DNA from: a bacterium BMS3Abin11
GTDB taxonomy: Bacteria; Pseudomonadota; Gammaproteobacteria; BMS3Bbin11
Direction of reading: 5' to 3'
Length of the DNA stretch: 64,000 bases
NCBI GenBank assembly: GCA_002897635.1
Contig: BDTD01000011.1
Coordinates: 76,436-140,435 of the forward strand
In this document: positions 60,140-64,000 of the stretch, one piece after another
Layout: the number at the start of each line of letters is the position of its first letter
How positions within the stretch are numbered: the stretch's first letter is position 1
Translations under genes and position numbers: made by a program
The notes under the pieces: generated by a model
Database searches by the model: none
What the model saw: only the letters and a program-made list of their open reading frames with translations
What the model was told of the DNA's origin: nothing

Positions 60140-63100
60140 ACCCAATCCCTCGTACCGGCCTGCTGGCCGCTGTCATTGGTTTCTCCCTACGTTACAAGGG
60201 TGCAGTGATTACGCTTGCGCTGCTGTTTGCAGGCTATGGCCTTTACGCGTTTAGCGGTGCCCGCTACGATGTTTTCCCTGAGTTTGCTCCGCCTCAGGTG
60301 TCAATCCAGACGGAGGCCCCCGGCCTGGCGCCGGAACAGGTCGAGGTGCTGGTAACCCAGCCCATCGAAAACGCAATCAGCGGTGTGCCGGGTGTGCAGG
60401 CACTGCGCTCGCAGTCGATTCAGGGACTGTCAATTATCACCGTTACCTTTGATCCCAAAAGCGATATCTACCGCGACCGCCAGAATCTGGGTGAACGCCT
60501 GGCCACCCTGGCGACGCAGATGCCTGGCGGAGTGGGGGCTCCCGGGATGTCTCCATTGACGTCCTCCACCAGCGTGGTGCTGGTGGTTGGTCTCACTTCA
60601 CCAAAGCGCTCGCTGATGGAATTGCGCACGATTGCCGACTGGACGCTCAAGCCACGCCTGCTTGCTGTACATGGTGTATCCAAGGTGGCGGTATTCGGCG
60701 GTCAGGTGAAGGAGTATCAGATTCAGGTCGATCCCCGCAAGCTAGTCAAGTATGGATTTGCCTTGAGTGATGTTCTCGCAGTCGCTCGACGTGCTACCGG
60801 GGTGCGTGGCGCAGGGTTCATCGACAACGCCAACCAGCGCATCGTTCTACAAACCTACGGCCAGTCCCAGAACGCCGAACAGCTCGCACAAACTATCCTG
60901 CGCCACCAGGACGGCGCCAATCTAACGCTGGCCGATGTCGCCCAGGTACGTATGGCACCCGAGCCGCCCATCGGCGCTGCCACCGTTGACGGGGTGCCGG
61001 GTGTGCAACTGGTTATCTCCGGGCAATACGGCACCAACACCCTGGCGGTCACCAGGGCTCTGGAGCGTTCACTAACCAGTTTACGGCCGGCACTCGCATC
61101 CGAACAGGTGGTACTGCATACCGAGGTATTCCGGCCTGCGGACTTCATCCAGAGCGCGACCCGTAACGTACAACATTCCCTCATCCTGGGCGCGATCCTG
61201 GTGGTGGCAGTGGTAGTACTCTTCCTGTTTAACTGGCGTACTTCAGCCATCTCCCTTGCCGCCATTCCACTGTCCATGCTGGCTGCGGTCACTATCCTCA
61301 ATCAGCAAGGTTTTAGCCTCAACACCATGACGCTGGGCGGGCTGGCCATTGCCATCGGGCTATTGGTCGATGATGCCATTATTGTGGTCGAGAATGTCTA
61401 CCGGCGGTTGCGGGAAAATCAGCATGTCCCGCAGCCGTCGCCGGTCTTCCTGGTGGTGTTCGATGCCACGCTGGAAGTGCGCAGCGCCGTAGTCTATGCG
61501 ACGCTGGCTATTGCACTGGTACTCATACCGGTGCTCACGCTTTCGGGGCTGGCCGGACGGTTATTCTCCCCCCTCGCGATCGCCTATCTAACGGCGACCC
61601 TGGCTTCGCTAGTCGTGGCAATTACTGTCACGCCGGCGTTGTGCCTTGCACTTCTTCCGGGGAGCGTACTCCCCGAACGCGACGCGCCAGTTGCCCGCTG
61701 GCTGAAGAAGAAGTACCGCTCGCTTATTGCCGGGGTCGAACGGCGCTATCGTCCCGTGATCGTGGTGGTCGGGTCGTTTATGCTGGCGGGACTGGTGGCA
61801 CTGCCTTTCTTTGGCGGTAGCTTCCTGCCTGAGCTCAAGGAAGGGCACTACATCGTGCATATGGCGGCAGTGCCCGGTACCTCGCTCACCGAATCGCTAC
61901 GCATTGGTCGCCAGGTATCAGCAGAACTGATGCGGCTTCCCATCGTGCGCGCGGTCAGCCAGCGGGTTGGCCGGGCCGAAAAAGCCGACGACACCTTTGG
62001 CACCCACTACAGCGAATTCGAGGTAGATCTTAAGCCGCTGTCCGGAGAAGAGGCCGAGTTTGCCCAGGTGGACATTCGCAATGCCCTGGCGCGCATCCCC
62101 GGCGTCAACTTTGCCGTCAATACCTTCCTTACCGAACGTGTCGAGGAAACGCTTTCTGGTTACACCGCTTCCGTGGTGGTCAATATATACGGTAATGACC
62201 TCGATACCCTTGATGCCGAGGCTCTGCGAGTCGCACAAACCTTGAACCAGATCCCGGGTGCTACCGAAATCCAGATCCAGTCCCCACCAGGTGCGCCGCA
62301 GATAGGGGTTCGGCTGCGTCCTGAAGCACTGGCGCGTTGGGGGTTTGATGCGGTGGACGTGCTTGATGTGGTGCAGACTGCCTTTCAAGGGGCGTTAGTC
62401 GGTCAGGTCTATAGCGGTAACCGCGTATTCAACGTGAACGTTATTCTGTCGCCGTCCGAGCGCAAAAGCATCACGGACATACGGACGCTGCCGCTGCGCA
62501 ATACCGCGGGCACCTTTGTGCGCCTGGGCCAACTGGCCGAGGTCTATGCGACATCTGGTCGCTATGTGGTGTTGCACAACGGTGCCCGCCGTGTTCAGGC
62601 AATCACCAGCAACGTCACTGGTCGGAACGTGACCTCCTTCGTCGCGGAGGCGAAGCGACGCATCACACAAAATGTTCGCCTTGCGCCTGGAAACTACGTG
62701 GAATTCGGTGGTACTGCTAAAGCCCAGGCCGCATCAGTACGGGATTTGATCGTTAATTCAACGATTGCCGCCATCGCCATCGGCTTGTTATTGTGGATCG
62801 TGCTGGGATATGCGCGAAACCTCTTTCTGGTGTTGCTCAACCTGCCCTTTGGCCTGACAGGAGGCGTCCTGGCCGTGTTTGCGACCGGCGGGGGTATCTC
62901 TTTGGGTTCTTTGGTAGGCTTCGTTACATTATTTGGCATCACGCTGCGCAATTCCGTGATGCTGCTCTCCCACTACGAGCATCTGGTCACCGTCGAGGGT
63001 ATGCAGTGGGGACCGGAAACAGCGCTACGCGGTGCAATGGAACGCTTGACGCCGATCCTTATGACCGCACTCGCCACTGCTTTGGGTCTGTTGCCGCTGG

Positions 63101-63291
63101 CTATCGGCAGTGGTGCTCCAGGACGCGAAATCGAAGGTCCAATGGCGTTAGTGATCCTGGGCGGACTCTTTACCTCTACCGCACTTAACCTGCTCGTGAT
63201 GCCGAGTCTGGCACTACGCTACGGCCGGTTTATGGCAGCAGATTCACAGTGTGAATTCCCGGTGCAGGCCGCACAAACACCCGATGAGTAG
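60136..63291 (+). CDS. CzcA/CusA family RND efflux permease
   Basis: DVFPEFAP, AIGLLVDDAII and ERLTPILMTA motifs. Confidence 0.93.
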   Translation: MNPIPRTGLLAAVIGFSLRYKGAVITLALLFAGYGLYAFSGARYDVFPEFAPPQVSIQTEAPGLAPEQVEVLVTQPIENAISGVPGVQALRSQSIQGLSIITVTFDPKSDIYRDRQNLGERLATLATQMPGGVGAPGMSPLTSSTSVVLVVGLTSPKRSLMELRTIADWTLKPRLLAVHGVSKVAVFGGQVKEYQIQVDPRKLVKYGFALSDVLAVARRATGVRGAGFIDNANQRIVLQTYGQSQNAEQLAQTILRHQDGANLTLADVAQVRMAPEPPIGAATVDGVPGVQLVISGQYGTNTLAVTRALERSLTSLRPALASEQVVLHTEVFRPADFIQSATRNVQHSLILGAILVVAVVVLFLFNWRTSAISLAAIPLSMLAAVTILNQQGFSLNTMTLGGLAIAIGLLVDDAIIVVENVYRRLRENQHVPQPSPVFLVVFDATLEVRSAVVYATLAIALVLIPVLTLSGLAGRLFSPLAIAYLTATLASLVVAITVTPALCLALLPGSVLPERDAPVARWLKKKYRSLIAGVERRYRPVIVVVGSFMLAGLVALPFFGGSFLPELKEGHYIVHMAAVPGTSLTESLRIGRQVSAELMRLPIVRAVSQRVGRAEKADDTFGTHYSEFEVDLKPLSGEEAEFAQVDIRNALARIPGVNFAVNTFLTERVEETLSGYTASVVVNIYGNDLDTLDAEALRVAQTLNQIPGATEIQIQSPPGAPQIGVRLRPEALARWGFDAVDVLDVVQTAFQGALVGQVYSGNRVFNVNVILSPSERKSITDIRTLPLRNTAGTFVRLGQLAEVYATSGRYVVLHNGARRVQAITSNVTGRNVTSFVAEAKRRITQNVRLAPGNYVEFGGTAKAQAASVRDLIVNSTIAAIAIGLLLWIVLGYARNLFLVLLNLPFGLTGGVLAVFATGGGISLGSLVGFVTLFGITLRNSVMLLSHYEHLVTVEGMQWGPETALRGAMERLTPILMTALATALGLLPLAIGSGAPGREIEGPMALVILGGLFTSTALNLLVMPSLALRYGRFMAADSQCEFPVQAAQTPDE

Positions 63292-63347
63292 GAATAGGAA
63301 TAGGGGTCAAGGGAATAGGGGTCCAAGGAATAAAAGGGAATAGGGGT

Positions 63348-63712
63348 CAAACCTATTTGACTATGTATAAAAACTGAATTAACCTTTCAGCCATGCCCAG
63401 ACCTCCCCGAATTGAATATGAAGGAGCGTTTCATCATGTAATGAACCGTGGCCGAGATCACAGAGCCATCTTTCATAATGATACGTACTTCAATGCCTTT
63501 CTTGAAACGTTGCAGGAAGTCTGCCAACGTTTTGATGCAGTCATTCACGCATACTGCCTGATGACGAATCATTACCACCTACTACCCGGCCTTGGCCATA
63601 CTGGCAGTGCATTATATGCTATCAATAAGATTAGGCATGAATTTGGAAGTAGCAAGTGGAAGAAGGAAGTAAAAAAAATGGGGAAGTTCTTATACATAGT
63701 CAAATAGGTTTG
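63348..63712 (+). mobile_element. Internally deleted RAYT element with perfect 23-bp terminal inverted repeats
   Basis: CAAACCTATTTGACTATGTATAA at 63348-63370 and its reverse complement at 63690-63712; ORF has HHVMNRG and NHYHLL. Confidence 0.8.
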
Positions 63713-63740
63713 CTATTCTCATACTATTCTTCATTTTATT

Positions 63741-63917
63741 ATGCTGGGAGTAGGTAAGCTTAGGGATACGGATAGGTTCAATGCGATAGATACGACCAAG
63801 CTCGCAAAAAGATGCTTTAGCGCAATAAAGAAGATTTCGGATCATTTAGATATCTCTGGCTTGGAGTGGATGGTTGAATTGAAAGAGAAACTCGAAACTG
63901 GTCTGAAAATCGTATAA
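63741..63917 (+). pseudogene. Probable 3' part of a cassette gene
   Basis: 58-codon ORF whose TAA lies in the attC R'' box. Confidence 0.45.
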
Positions 63918-63994
63918 CAACACGCTCAAATTCGTTCCGGCAAAAACCCGCCTCCACCGGACGCGTAAACGCGCCGCTTAGCTCAACGTTGATA
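63912..63994 (+). other. attC-like integron cassette recombination site
   Basis: GTATAAC...CGCTCAA...GCTTAGC...CGTT imperfect palindrome. Confidence 0.75.
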
Positions 63995-64000
63995 TGATTC

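Overview
A 64 kb window from a Gammaproteobacterium, probably aquatic or marine. The core genes are rapA, an ABC-F (YheS-like) ATPase, aspS-fmdB and the rng-yhdP-nitrilase-tldD-pmbA cluster. The 1-24 kb stretch is a patchwork of accessory genes (nemA/TetR, a Pho-box plcP-glycosyltransferase-dgkA lipid-remodelling module, ppk2, two GlcG/HbpS haem proteins, an SLC13 permease). It is scattered with IS5-type MITEs and their ~15-bp scars, REP doublets and pseudogenes. An ~11.5 kb island between fmdB and pmbA (33.4-45.1 kb) holds three PEP-CTERM genes with identical sigma54/enhancer promoter architecture. It also holds attC-type cassettes without an integrase, a TA pair, a group IIC intron 5' fragment, and nested IS5, IS91-like, IS21, RAYT and IS110 elements. 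The IS110 element shows readable bridge/seek-RNA guides that match its own insertion site, which is the terminal motif of a RAYT element. A GC-rich heavy-metal two-component/RND efflux block, a deleted RAYT element and an attC site end the window. No rRNA, tRNA or CRISPR array was seen. All calls were made by eye; no database searches were run.
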